In this document: positions 18,640 to 26,166 of the stretch, piece by piece
Position numbering within the stretch: position 1 is the stretch's first letter
Layout of the letters: the number at the start of each line of letters is the position of its first letter
DNA from: Patescibacteria group bacterium
GTDB taxonomy: Bacteria; Patescibacteriota; Minisyncoccia; Minisyncoccales; PEYH01
Direction: 5' to 3'
Length of the DNA: 64,000 bases
Assembly: GCA_018900835.1 (NCBI GenBank)
Contig: JAHIFQ010000009.1
Coordinates: 1,624-65,623 of the forward strand
Program-made: the position numbers and the translations under genes
The notes under the pieces: model-generated
What the model was told of the DNA's origin: nothing
Seen by the model: the letters and a program-made list of their open reading frames with translations, nothing else
Database searches by the model: none

Positions 18640-18710
18640 GGGCCCGTAGTCTAGTGGCAAAACACGTCTATGGCATAGATGAGCTGAGGGTTCGATTCCC
18701 TCCGGGTCCA
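18640..18710 (+). tRNA. tRNA-Ala (anticodon GGC)
   Basis: Acceptor GGGCCCG..CGGGTCC gives the G3:U70 Ala identity pair. Anticodon arm CGTCT ATGGCAT AGATG, T arm GAGGG TTCGATT CCCTC. The D arm is irregular. Confidence 0.65.
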
Positions 18711-18734
18711 CAAGGGTTAATTATTAAACCTATT

Positions 18735-19943
18735 ATGAAAATTGATTCTAAAAAAATAGACGAGGTTCTGACAAGGAGCGTTGAGCAAATTGTCGACAGA
18801 GATCACTTCAGTAAAGCCCTTGCTTCGGGTAAAAAATTGAGAATTAAGCATGGCATTGACCCAACTGGAGACAAGATTCATATTGGCAGAGCCATCCAGC
18901 TCTGGAAATTAAAAGCATTTCAGGATTTAGGGCATAAAATCGTTCTGATTATCGGCGACTTTACTGCTCGCATCGGCGACCCATCAGATAAGCCAGAAGG
19001 CAGAAAAGGACTTAAAGACGAGGAGATAAAAAAGAATGTCAAATCATATTCAGACCAAATTGGGAAAATACTTGATTTAAAAAAGACCGAAATTAGATAT
19101 AACAGCGAATGGTTTAATAAGATGCCTCTTGGTGATTTTTTGCATTTGTCTGGCAATTTTTCTGTTCAACAATTAGTTCAAAGAAGAAATTTCCACGAAA
19201 GATGGAAAAAAGGAGAGCCAATTTCATTGAAAGAGATTTGCTATCCCCTTTTGCAGGGCTATGATTCAGTAGCAGTCAAGGCAGATATTGAATTGGGCGG
19301 TTATGACCAGCTTTTTAATCTTAATGCTGGAAGAGATATTCAGCGATTATTTGGAATGTATCCGCAAGATATAATGACCTTAAAAATGCTTTCAGGGCTT
19401 GATGGCAGAAAGATGTCCACTAGTTGGGGTAATGTGATTAATATTGTTGATAAACCGGAAGATATGTATGGGAAATTGATGTCTATGCGGGATGAAATGA
19501 TTTTTGATTATTTTGAGCTTTGCACGCTTCTTGCTGAAAAAGAATTAAGCGAAATTAAAAGAGAACTTAAGAATAAGAATATTAATCCAAGAGACATTAA
19601 AGCCAGATTAGCCAGAGAGATTGTTTCTATGTATCACAGCGAAAAATTAGCGCAAAAAGCAGGGCAAGAGTTTGATAAAATATTCAAAGAGAAAAGAATG
19701 CCCTCCAAGATGCCAGTATTTTTTACTCCAAAGCCGAGTTATCCAATAGTTGAGCTTTTATTTCATCTAGGACTAGCCAGCTCTAAGGGGGAGGGCAAGA
19801 GATTGGTGCTCCAGGGAGGAGTTAGAGTTGATTCTAATGTAATAAAAGATTTTAAACAGGAAATAAAAGTGAGGGATGAAATGATTATTCAAGTTGGCAA
19901 AAGAAAATTTGCTAAGCTAATTACCCATGACATCAGATGCTAA
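18735..19943 (+). CDS. tyrS: Tyrosyl-tRNA synthetase
   Basis: HIGH-type HIGR, GDFTARIGDPSDK, ELGGYDQLFN, KMSTS loop, C-terminal S4-like domain (GKRLVLQGGVRVD). ATG 18735 chosen because the track start 18654 lies inside tRNA-Ala. Confidence 0.88.
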   Translation: MKIDSKKIDEVLTRSVEQIVDRDHFSKALASGKKLRIKHGIDPTGDKIHIGRAIQLWKLKAFQDLGHKIVLIIGDFTARIGDPSDKPEGRKGLKDEEIKKNVKSYSDQIGKILDLKKTEIRYNSEWFNKMPLGDFLHLSGNFSVQQLVQRRNFHERWKKGEPISLKEICYPLLQGYDSVAVKADIELGGYDQLFNLNAGRDIQRLFGMYPQDIMTLKMLSGLDGRKMSTSWGNVINIVDKPEDMYGKLMSMRDEMIFDYFELCTLLAEKELSEIKRELKNKNINPRDIKARLAREIVSMYHSEKLAQKAGQEFDKIFKEKRMPSKMPVFFTPKPSYPIVELLFHLGLASSKGEGKRLVLQGGVRVDSNVIKDFKQEIKVRDEMIIQVGKRKFAKLITHDIRC

Positions 19944-20907
19944 TAAAGAAAGAGTCGCCATTGTTGGCGCAGGAATTATTGGACTTTATTTGGCTTGGCG
20001 CTTAAGCCAAAAGGGCCATAGCGTCACGGTGTTTGAGAAAAAGAGCAATATTGGAGGCAAGCCCTGCACTGCCCTGATATCAGAAAGGATTAAAGAGTAT
20101 TTGCCAATAAGCGATAGAGTTTATCAAGGAAGAGTAGAATCAATTTTAGTTCATTTTCCCAAGAAAGACATCAGAATTAAAGCGCGCCCTGCTTATCTTG
20201 TTTTTAATAGAGATGCCCTGGAGAACTTTGTCTATGATTTAGCAAAACAAGCAGGCGCAGAGATAGTTTTTAATAAAGAAATCAAGGAAATTCCAAAGGG
20301 TTTCACAAAGATTATTGGATGCGACGGAGCCCTATCGCAGACAAGGCAATTATTATCTATACCAATTCCTGTTTGTCGTTTGGGAATACAATTTTTTGTT
20401 GATAGGGCTGATAGGACTGATATGGCCGGAGAATCTATTGAGGTTTGGCCTCAAAAATTCGCTTGTCCTCCGAAATACGGCTTTGCGTGGAAAGTTCTCA
20501 AGAAAGACAACATTGAATATGGAATTATTGGCCCAACCAAAGAGGCGAAGAATGGGCTTGATGTATTTTTGACAAAACAAGAAATATATTTAAATGAAGG
20601 TGATTTTAAGGCAGCGATGATTCCTCAAGGATTGCGGTTGCCAAAATCAGACAAGATTACTTTGCTTGGTGATTCCGCTGGCATGACCAAGCCGACAACT
20701 GGTGGGGGGATTATTTGGGGATTTAAAGCTGGCGATATTTTAGCAGATTGTTTTCCTGATTTTAAAAAATATCGAAGAAAGACCAAAAGATTTTTTATTC
20801 TCAAGATTTTAAAAGGCAGAATAGCAGTTTCTGCTAGTTATTTCTTGGGCAATTATTTCCCCTTCCTGCTCCCTAAAAAAATATCAATTGACCCAGATTT
20901 ATTTTAA
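19927..20907 (+). CDS. FAD-dependent oxidoreductase, geranylgeranyl-reductase-like
   Basis: Rossmann VAIVGAGIIGLYLA...VFEKK and GCDGALSQ motif. Confidence 0.7.
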   Translation: MTSDANKERVAIVGAGIIGLYLAWRLSQKGHSVTVFEKKSNIGGKPCTALISERIKEYLPISDRVYQGRVESILVHFPKKDIRIKARPAYLVFNRDALENFVYDLAKQAGAEIVFNKEIKEIPKGFTKIIGCDGALSQTRQLLSIPIPVCRLGIQFFVDRADRTDMAGESIEVWPQKFACPPKYGFAWKVLKKDNIEYGIIGPTKEAKNGLDVFLTKQEIYLNEGDFKAAMIPQGLRLPKSDKITLLGDSAGMTKPTTGGGIIWGFKAGDILADCFPDFKKYRRKTKRFFILKILKGRIAVSASYFLGNYFPFLLPKKISIDPDLF

Positions 20908-20928
20908 ATCTGTCATCTGTATTTTAGG

Positions 20929-20963
20929 AATAGTAAATAATCAATAATAAATAATAAATAATG
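20929..20963 (+). repeat. Heptamer array aatagta/aataatc/aataata/aataata/aataatg
   Basis: Read directly. It ends 4 nt before tRNA-Ser(CGA). Confidence 0.65.
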
Positions 20964-20967
20964 ACTT

Positions 20968-21056
20968 GGAGAGGTACCGAAGTTCGGCTATAACGGCACG
21001 GTTTCGAAAACCGTCGGCCCCTAAAGGGCGCGTGGGTTCAAATCCCACCCTCTCCG
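20968..21056 (+). tRNA. tRNA-Ser (anticodon CGA), long variable arm
   Basis: GGAGAGG..CCTCTCC acceptor, ACGGT TTCGAAA ACCGT, variable arm cggcccctaaagggcgc, T loop TTCAAAT. Confidence 0.85.
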
Positions 21057-21083
21057 CATAAATTTTTGCCTTTACAAAAATTT

Positions 21084-21118
21084 GAGTAGTTAGTAATTAG
21101 TAATTAGTAGTTAGGACA
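21084..21118 (+). repeat. Heptamer array gagtagt/tagtaat/tagtaat/tagtagt/taggaca
   Basis: Read directly. gtagttagg (21105-21113 approx) pairs with cctaactac about 40 nt downstream. Confidence 0.65.
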
Positions 21119-21197
21119 AGGAAGTAGATTTTTATTCAAACAAAAATTTATTCCTAACTACAAATTACACACACAAATTACGATTTCAAATAAAGGA

Positions 21198-21220
21198 AAA
21201 AGCCGCATGAGGCGGTTTTT
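21198..21220 (+). terminator. Rho-independent terminator
   Basis: aaagccgc atgag gcggtttt, with the U-tract merging into the stem. Confidence 0.55.
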
Positions 21221-21222
21221 GC

Positions 21223-21251
21223 TTGAAAAATAGCGGGATTAGGTGTATTAT
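21223..21251 (+). promoter_or_regulatory. Putative promoter of infB
   Basis: ttgaaa, 17 nt, tattat, located 27 nt upstream of the ATG. Confidence 0.4.
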
Positions 21252-21277
21252 TCCTATTACTCTATCTATGTCTGCAT

Positions 21278-22771
21278 ATGAAAAAATCAAAAAAAGACAA
21301 TTTAAAAGAACGGGCGCCGATAGTGGTGGTTATTGGTCATGTTGACCATGGTAAGTCCTCGCTCTTGGAGGCGATTAAGGATTTTCGAATTACACAAAAA
21401 GAATCAGGCGGGATTACTCAGCATATCGGGGCTTATGAATTAGAGCACAAAGGAAAGAATATTACATTTATTGATACGCCCGGGCATGAAGCGTTTTGCG
21501 CTATGCGCTCAAGAGGCGCTAATGTTGCTGATATGGCTGTTTTAGTAGTAGCTGCCGAAGAGGGAGTGAAACCGCAAACAAAGGAAGCGATAAATTGCAT
21601 TCAAGAAACAGGCATACAGGTTATTGTGGCTATCAACAAAATAGACAAGCCAGAAGCTAATCCGCAAAAAGTAAAAGGCGAATTAGCAAAGGCAGGAATA
21701 GTTACAGAAGACATGGGTGGCAATATTCCTTGTGTTCTAACTTCTGCGACCCAAAAGATAGGGATTGATGATTTGCTGGAAATGATTTTATTGCTCGCCG
21801 AGATGCACGAGATTAAGGCTAGATATGAAAAGCCAGCAGAAGGCGTGATTATTGAAACTTATTTGGATGATAAAAGAGGGTGCATGGCAACGCTTTTGGT
21901 CAAAGACGGAATTTTAGAAGCGCAGGACATTGTAGCCACACCGTCAGCCATTGGAAAGATAAAAAATATGGAGGATTTCCAGGGCAATAATCTTAAGCAA
22001 GCAATTCCCTCTCAGCCAGTTTCGGTCTTAGGATTTGAAACAGTGCCTTTTGTGGGAGAAATTTTTAAAACATTTCCTGATATTGAAAAGGCGAGAGAAT
22101 ATGTTATAAAAGAAGGCAGAGAAAAACAGCAAAACTGTATTCAAACGGAAGAGGGGCATAAGTTCTTGAATATTATTTTAAAAACAGATGTTACAGGGTC
22201 GCTGGATGCCATAGAAGGAATGATTAGGGCAATACCGCAAAATGAAATGGCGGTCCATATTCTCAAGTCAGGAGCAGATACTATCACGGAAGATGATGTC
22301 CAAACAGCGGTTTCTGGAAAAGCGAAAATATTCGCTTTTAGGATAAAAGCGAATCCAAATGCCATAAGGTTGGCTGACCAGAAAAAGGTAACTATTCTGC
22401 ATTACGATGTCATATACGAGCTGATTCAAAATCTTAGGCGCTTGATGAAGCAGGAAGCAGAGCAGGAAATAGTGCGTAGAGATATCGGGAAAATGCAGAT
22501 ATTAAAGGTTTTTATGACCGAGAAAGACAGTCAGATTGTAGGTGGCAGGGTGGTGGAAGGAGAAATTATTAAAAATTCTAAATTAGAAATATACAGGAAT
22601 AACGAATTAATCGGCAAAGGTACGATTTCAGGAATCCAAAAAGAGAAAAAATCAGCGGAAAGAGGGGTCTTGGATGACGAAATAGGAATACTTTATCGGG
22701 GGACCACCAAGATAGAAGAGGACGATATTTTATCCTTTTTCGTAGAAGAGAAAAAGCAAGTAGATATTTAA
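21278..22771 (+). CDS. infB: Translation initiation factor IF-2 (short form lacking the long N-terminal region)
   Basis: G domain [29 protein letters not shown]-2 domains II-IV follow. Confidence 0.93.
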   Translation: MKKSKKDNLKERAPIVVVIGHVDHGKSSLLEAIKDFRITQKESGGITQHIGAYELEHKGKNITFIDTPGHEAFCAMRSRGANVADMAVLVVAAEEGVKPQTKEAINCIQETGIQVIVAINKIDKPEANPQKVKGELAKAGIVTEDMGGNIPCVLTSATQKIGIDDLLEMILLLAEMHEIKARYEKPAEGVIIETYLDDKRGCMATLLVKDGILEAQDIVATPSAIGKIKNMEDFQGNNLKQAIPSQPVSVLGFETVPFVGEIFKTFPDIEKAREYVIKEGREKQQNCIQTEEGHKFLNIILKTDVTGSLDAIEGMIRAIPQNEMAVHILKSGADTITEDDVQTAVSGKAKIFAFRIKANPNAIRLADQKKVTILHYDVIYELIQNLRRLMKQEAEQEIVRRDIGKMQILKVFMTEKDSQIVGGRVVEGEIIKNSKLEIYRNNELIGKGTISGIQKEKKSAERGVLDDEIGILYRGTTKIEEDDILSFFVEEKKQVDI

Positions 22772-22782
22772 ACATAATATAA

Positions 22783-23130
22783 ATGTTTTCAAGGATAGAC
22801 CGACTTAACGAGCTTTTAAAAAGGGAAATAGGAAGCATTATTTTAAGAGAAGAAGGGTTTGATAGAAATGTTTTGGTCACGATAACTAAAGTGGATATTT
22901 CAAGTGATTTGAGCAACGCAAAAGTGTTTGTGAGTGTGATGCCTGCGGACAGGAGAAGGGAAATGATAAATTATCTTAGGGCTGATATTTATAACATACA
23001 GAAAATTCTGGACAGGAAATTGCGCATAAGAAAAGTTCCTAAAATAATTTTTTGTGAGGAAAAACAGGTTGAAGAAGCGGGAAGAATTGAGGAATTGTTG
23101 TCAGTGATTCATAAAAATAGCGAACAATAA
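22783..23130 (+). CDS. rbfA: Ribosome-binding factor A
   Basis: [18 protein letters not shown]..., [31 protein letters not shown]. Position after infB fits. Confidence 0.88.
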   Translation: MFSRIDRLNELLKREIGSIILREEGFDRNVLVTITKVDISSDLSNAKVFVSVMPADRRREMINYLRADIYNIQKILDRKLRIRKVPKIIFCEEKQVEEAGRIEELLSVIHKNSEQ

Positions 23131-23145
23131 TTGATAATTGTCTTT

Positions 23146-23217
23146 GGCCAGGTAGCCAAGTAGCAAGGCAGCGGTCTGCAAAACCGCTATACGTGGGTGC
23201 AACTCCCGCCCTGGCCT
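23146..23217 (+). tRNA. tRNA-Cys (anticodon GCA)
   Basis: GGCCAGG..CCTGGCC, GCGGT CTGCAAA ACCGC. The T loop TGCAACT is non-canonical, with G at position 55. Confidence 0.75.
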
Positions 23218-23230
23218 TAAAATATATTGC

Positions 23231-23313
23231 GCCGGGGTGGTGGAATGGTTTACACGATGGATTTAAAATCCATTGGGCGCAAGCCCATGTGGGTTCGACT
23301 CCCACTCCCGGCA
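23231..23313 (+). tRNA. tRNA-Leu (anticodon TAA)
   Basis: GCCGGGG..TCCCGGC, ATGGA TTTAAAA TCCAT, long variable arm, T arm GTGGG TTCGACT CCCAC. Confidence 0.85.
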
Positions 23314-23316
23314 TAT

Positions 23317-23394
23317 GGGCGGTTAGCTCAGTTGGTAGAGCGTTCGCTTGACGTGCGAAAGGTTTCACTGGTTCGAGCCCAGTACCGCCCACCA
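23317..23394 (+). tRNA. tRNA-Val (anticodon GAC), CCA encoded
   Basis: GGGCGGT..ACCGCCC A CCA, TTCGC TTGACGT GCGAA, T arm ACTGG TTCGAGC CCAGT. The variable region is about 2 nt longer than usual. Confidence 0.8.
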
Positions 23395-23395
23395 A

Positions 23396-23509
23396 GCCGC
23401 GGTAGCTCCCTCCTTCGCCCTCATAATATTCGGGCTTCGGAAGGGCAAGTATCAATTTTGAGAATCATATTTGCTTTTCCGAAGCTCTGGTACTCCAGAG
23501 CACAGGAGA

Positions 23510-23522
<13 letters not shown>
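23396..23522 (+). repeat. 13-nt direct duplication of the tRNA-Phe 5' end (gccgcggtagctc at 23396-23408 and 23510-23522) bracketing a 101-nt structured insert
   Basis: Read directly. The insert contains gctctgg tact ccagagc (7-bp hairpin) and gcttcgg...ccgaagc long-range complementarity. Confidence 0.8.
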
Positions 23523-23581
<59 letters not shown>

Positions 23582-23602
23582 CATAATTGAGCATTTTGAA
23601 AT

Positions 23603-23678
23603 GCGGGTGTCGTATAATGGTTCATTACGCTACCTTGCCAAGGTAGTGATGGCGGTTCGATTCCGCTCACCCGCTCCA
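23603..23678 (+). tRNA. tRNA-Gly (anticodon GCC), CCA encoded
   Basis: GCGGGTG..CACCCGC T CCA, CTACC TTGCCAA GGTAG, T loop TTCGATT. Confidence 0.88.
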
Positions 23679-23683
23679 AAAAT

Positions 23684-23705
23684 ACGCCTGTTTGGCGTTT
23701 TTTGT
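23684..23705 (+). terminator. Rho-independent terminator of the five-tRNA cluster
   Basis: acgcc tgttt ggcgt followed by ttttttg. Confidence 0.65.
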
Positions 23706-23724
23706 TCCAAAATACCCAAAATCC

Positions 23725-23754
23725 TTGACAAGTAGGGTGTAAAAATGCTATGAT
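23725..23754 (+). promoter_or_regulatory. Sigma70-type promoter with extended -10
   Basis: ttgaca, 18 nt (agtagggtgtaaaaatgc), tatgat, with TGc immediately upstream of the -10 box. Confidence 0.55.
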
Positions 23755-23785
23755 ATAGTCAGATTCGGAAAAAATATATAAATAT

Positions 23786-24292
23786 ATGAAAACTAAAATT
23801 CAAGGATACATTGAATTTTTTATTATCTGGGGCGTTGTTGGCGGAGTAATTTTTTCTTTGTCAGGCGCTTTAGCTGCTTACCAGGACAATTCTTTGCCTG
23901 ATGATTATTTTGAATCAGGAGGCGCTTTGGCATTTGTTCAAGGAAATAGCGCTGTTTCCAATATAGAGCATTTTTTAGCAGTGCCGAGAGCAACAAATTC
24001 AAAGACGATTAAGGTTGTTGTCACTGCTTATTCTTCTTGCCCAATGGAAACAGATGACGACCCATATATCACTGCTTCTGGCTCATGGGTTCGTGACGGC
24101 ATAGTGGCTACAAATTTTCTTCCCTTTGGTACAGAAATAAGGATTCCAGAGATATATGGAGACAAGGTTTTCGTTGTTGAAGACAGAATGCATTCCAGAA
24201 AGACGCAACAAGTGGATATTTGGTTTCCATCTAAGCAAGAAGCCCTTGAATTCGGAGCGCGTTATAGCTATATAGAGGTTGTGGAGATTTAA
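23786..24292 (+). CDS. 3D-domain (MltA/RlpA-like) cell-wall-binding or lytic protein
   Basis: N-terminal TM/signal, then VVVTAYSSCPMETDDDPYITASGSWVRDGIVATNFLPFGT...VEDRMHSRKTQQVDIW, typical of 3D domains. Confidence 0.75.
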   Translation: MKTKIQGYIEFFIIWGVVGGVIFSLSGALAAYQDNSLPDDYFESGGALAFVQGNSAVSNIEHFLAVPRATNSKTIKVVVTAYSSCPMETDDDPYITASGSWVRDGIVATNFLPFGTEIRIPEIYGDKVFVVEDRMHSRKTQQVDIWFPSKQEALEFGARYSYIEVVEI

Positions 24293-24320
24293 ATTAATAT
24301 TTGATTGAATTAGGAAAACA

Positions 24321-24357
24321 AAAAATCGCCCTGAGTTTATCAAAGGGCGATTTTTTG
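24321..24357. terminator. Bidirectional terminator
   Basis: aaaaatcgccct gagtttatcaa agggcgattttt, with A-run and T-run flanks. Confidence 0.65.
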
Positions 24358-24372
24358 TTCTTATAATAGAGG

Positions 24373-24456
24373 TGCCGAGGGTGGGAGTTGAACCCACACG
24401 CCATTGCTGGCACATCCCCCTCAAAGATGCGAGTCTACCTATTTCTCCACCTCGGC
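24373..24456 (-). tRNA. tRNA-Leu (anticodon GAG)
   Basis: Reverse complement reads GCCGAGG..CCTCGGC A, CATCT TTGAGGG GGATG, long variable arm, T arm GTGGG TTCAACT CCCAC. Confidence 0.85.
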
Positions 24457-24473
24457 TCTCAACCAACGCTGTC

Positions 24474-25055
24474 TCATTGCTTATTTTCGTTTTTCAGCTC
24501 TTGTGCGCGATTTTCTTCAATAATCGACTCTTGCTGATTAGTGTTTTCAATTGGATTTTCGATGTTACTATTATCACCCCCTATTGGCATAGTCGCTTCT
24601 GGCATAATTTCTGGCGCTGTGTTATTCGGAATTTCTTCGCTTTCTGTAGGCATAGGTGTTTCTTCAACAGAAATTTCTGGCATAAACTCTTTGGCTTTAA
24701 GTCGCGCCTTTCTACCGCTTGCCCGGCGAAGATAAAAAAGCTTAGCCCTTCTCACCTTGCTCTTTCTTATTACCTCTATTTTTTTAATAGTAGGGGAAAA
24801 GATAGGGAAAATCCTTTCTACTCCAATTCTGTCTATCACCTTTCTTACGGTGATGGTGGCGCCGATTTCTTTGTTTCTTCTTTTCGCCAATACAACACCC
24901 TCAAATATCTGTATTTTTTCTTTTTTCTCTCCATGTTTTGAGGAGCTGGAATCAGGCATGATTTGATAAACCCTAATCGTATCTCCTGGTCTGATATCTG
25001 GAATTGATTTTGTCTCTTGTTCGTGATTTGTTACTTCTTCGTTTTCTATTGTCAT
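24474..25055 (-). CDS. rplS: 50S ribosomal protein L19 with long acidic C-terminal extension
   Basis: IRPGDTIRVYQ...IQIFEGVVLAKRRNKEIGATITVRKV...GVERIFPIFSPTIKKIEV core. About 70 extra low-complexity residues at the C-terminus. Confidence 0.9.
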   Translation of the reverse strand: MTIENEEVTNHEQETKSIPDIRPGDTIRVYQIMPDSSSSKHGEKKEKIQIFEGVVLAKRRNKEIGATITVRKVIDRIGVERIFPIFSPTIKKIEVIRKSKVRRAKLFYLRRASGRKARLKAKEFMPEISVEETPMPTESEEIPNNTAPEIMPEATMPIGGDNSNIENPIENTNQQESIIEENRAQELKNENKQ

Positions 25056-25759
25056 AAGTTTTTCAATAATTGTTTTAAGTCATCTGGCAATGGAGAAGAA
25101 AATGTTTTTTCCTCACCATCCATTAATTTAATTGTTAGTCCGCTGGCATGAAGGAATTGCCTTGTTAATACTTTTGGCACTATCTGATTCTTGAAAGAAT
25201 ACAGCTTGTCTCCTATTATAGGATGTCCTATATAAGAAAAATGAACTCGTATTTGGTGTTTTCTGCCGGTCTTTGGAATCGCCTCTATCAAGGTATATTT
25301 ATCATATTCTTCTATCATTTTCCATTGCGTTTCAGCCAATCGAGACCCTGTTTTTTTGGCTAAAGGACCGAGCCAAGGGTATGCCCTTTGTTTTTTTCCG
25401 TCTTTATCTCTATTAATCAGGGTTTTGATAATTCCTTCCTTTTCTTGGATTTTACCCCAAACCAGCGCAATATATTTTTTTCGTACATCTCTTGTTCTAA
25501 ACTGTTTTTGGAAAAAAGACAAGGCCTGATTGTTTTTTGCTACCAACAACAGCCCAGAAGTGTCTTTGTCCAAGCGATGAATCAATCCATATCTTGGTGG
25601 TTCGCCGACATTTTTAAGTTCAGGATTAGATTCAACTATCTCAGCCATCAGTCCGGAATCATTGTCTGAAAAAACAGCAATTCCTGCTGGTTTGTCCAAA
25701 ACTATAATGTTTTCATCTTCATAAATAATTTTCATAGTGCTTGGACAGATTGAATCCAT
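25052..25759 (-). CDS. RluA-family pseudouridine synthase
   Basis: Catalytic HRLDKDTSGLLLVAK and KKYIALVWG, HQIRVH motifs. Confidence 0.88.
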   Translation of the reverse strand: MDSICPSTMKIIYEDENIIVLDKPAGIAVFSDNDSGLMAEIVESNPELKNVGEPPRYGLIHRLDKDTSGLLLVAKNNQALSFFQKQFRTRDVRKKYIALVWGKIQEKEGIIKTLINRDKDGKKQRAYPWLGPLAKKTGSRLAETQWKMIEEYDKYTLIEAIPKTGRKHQIRVHFSYIGHPIIGDKLYSFKNQIVPKVLTRQFLHASGLTIKLMDGEEKTFSSPLPDDLKQLLKNL

Positions 25760-25779
25760 CTTGTGATTATTTTGTCAAA

Positions 25780-25855
25780 TGGTGGGCGAGAGAGGATTTG
25801 AACCTCTGGCCTGCCGCGTGTAAGGCGGATGCTCTAGCCGCTGAGCTACTCGCCC
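25780..25855 (-). tRNA. tRNA-Val (anticodon TAC), CCA encoded
   Basis: Reverse complement reads GGGCGAG..CTCGCCC A CCA, loop CTTACAC, T arm AGAGG TTCAAAT CCTCT. Confidence 0.85.
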
Positions 25856-25860
25856 TTTAT

Positions 25861-25894
25861 CCTCCCAACTTTTTATTTAAGAAAAGTTAGGAGG
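25861..25894. other. 13-bp stem-loop cctcccaactttt / aaaagttaggagg (one mismatch)
   Basis: Read directly. It separates tRNA-Val from the orphan tRNA 3' half. Confidence 0.5.
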
Positions 25895-25898
25895 GCAA

Positions 25899-25940
25899 GG
25901 TGGGCACGGTTGGATTTGAACCAACAACCTCGGCCTTATA
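25899..25940 (-). pseudogene. Orphan 3' half of a tRNA-Ile(UAU)-like gene (anticodon TAT through ACC)
   Basis: Reverse complement reads TATAAGGCCGAGGTTGTTGGTTCAAATCCAACCGTGCCCACC. It matches tRNA 26022-26093 except for 3 T-loop bases, and its T loop TTCAAAT is canonical. Confidence 0.8.
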
Positions 25941-25983
25941 GCGGCAACTCTGATTTAATATAATAAATAATTGTAGTTGCCGA

Positions 25984-26019
25984 TATATCGATGATTTCAT
26001 ATTGATTTTATCTCTTTGG
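25984..26019. repeat. Left arm of the inverted repeat flanking the intact tRNA
   Basis: tatatcgatgatttcatattgattttatctctttgg versus the reverse complement of 26097-26134, tatagcgatgattttcatttactaatttatctctttgg. Blocks of 14 nt (one mismatch) and 13 nt (exact), with a variable centre. Confidence 0.8.
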
Positions 26020-26021
26020 TA

Positions 26022-26093
26022 TGGGCACGGTTGGACTCGGACCAACAACCTCGGCCTTATAAGAGCCTTGCTCCGCCATTGAGCTACGTGCCC
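26022..26093 (-). tRNA. tRNA-Ile-like with genomically encoded anticodon TAT (UAU)
   Basis: GGGCACG TA GCTC AATGGCG GAGC A AGGCT CTTATAA GGCCG AGGTT GTTGG TCCGAGT CCAAC CGTGCCC A. The T loop has C at position 55. Confidence 0.75.
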
Positions 26094-26096
26094 ACC

Positions 26097-26134
26097 CCAA
26101 AGAGATAAATTAGTAAATGAAAATCATCGCTATA
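26097..26134. repeat. Right arm of the inverted repeat flanking the intact tRNA
   Basis: See 25984-26019. Its outer tata overlaps the anticodon of the orphan 5' half. Confidence 0.8.
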
Positions 26135-26166
26135 AGAGCCTTGCTCCGCCATTGAGCTACGTGCCC
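26130..26166 (-). pseudogene. Orphan 5' half of the same tRNA (positions 1-37), overlapping the ftsH stop codon
   Basis: Reverse complement reads GGGCACGTAGCTCAATGGCGGAGCAAGGCTCTTATAG, identical to tRNA 26022-26093 through the anticodon. The first 10 nt are the ftsH codons GGC ACG TAG plus C. Confidence 0.8.

Noticed and set aside
18438-18734. ORF 18438..18638 (-) and the first 27 codons of track ORF 18654
   Set aside because: Both run through tRNA-Arg(CCT) and tRNA-Ala. TyrRS homology begins at the Met encoded at 18735.
21057-21220. Possible small RNA between tRNA-Ser(CGA) and the terminator at 21198
   Set aside because: The region has nested AT hairpins and a heptamer array but nothing I can match to a known RNA family. 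It may simply be the tRNA 3' trailer, so it is left unannotated.
24372-24966. Track ORFs 24372..24941, 24541..24735 and 24757..24966 (+)
   Set aside because: They are antisense to rplS and overlap tRNA-Leu(GAG). The L19 reading on the minus strand is unambiguous.
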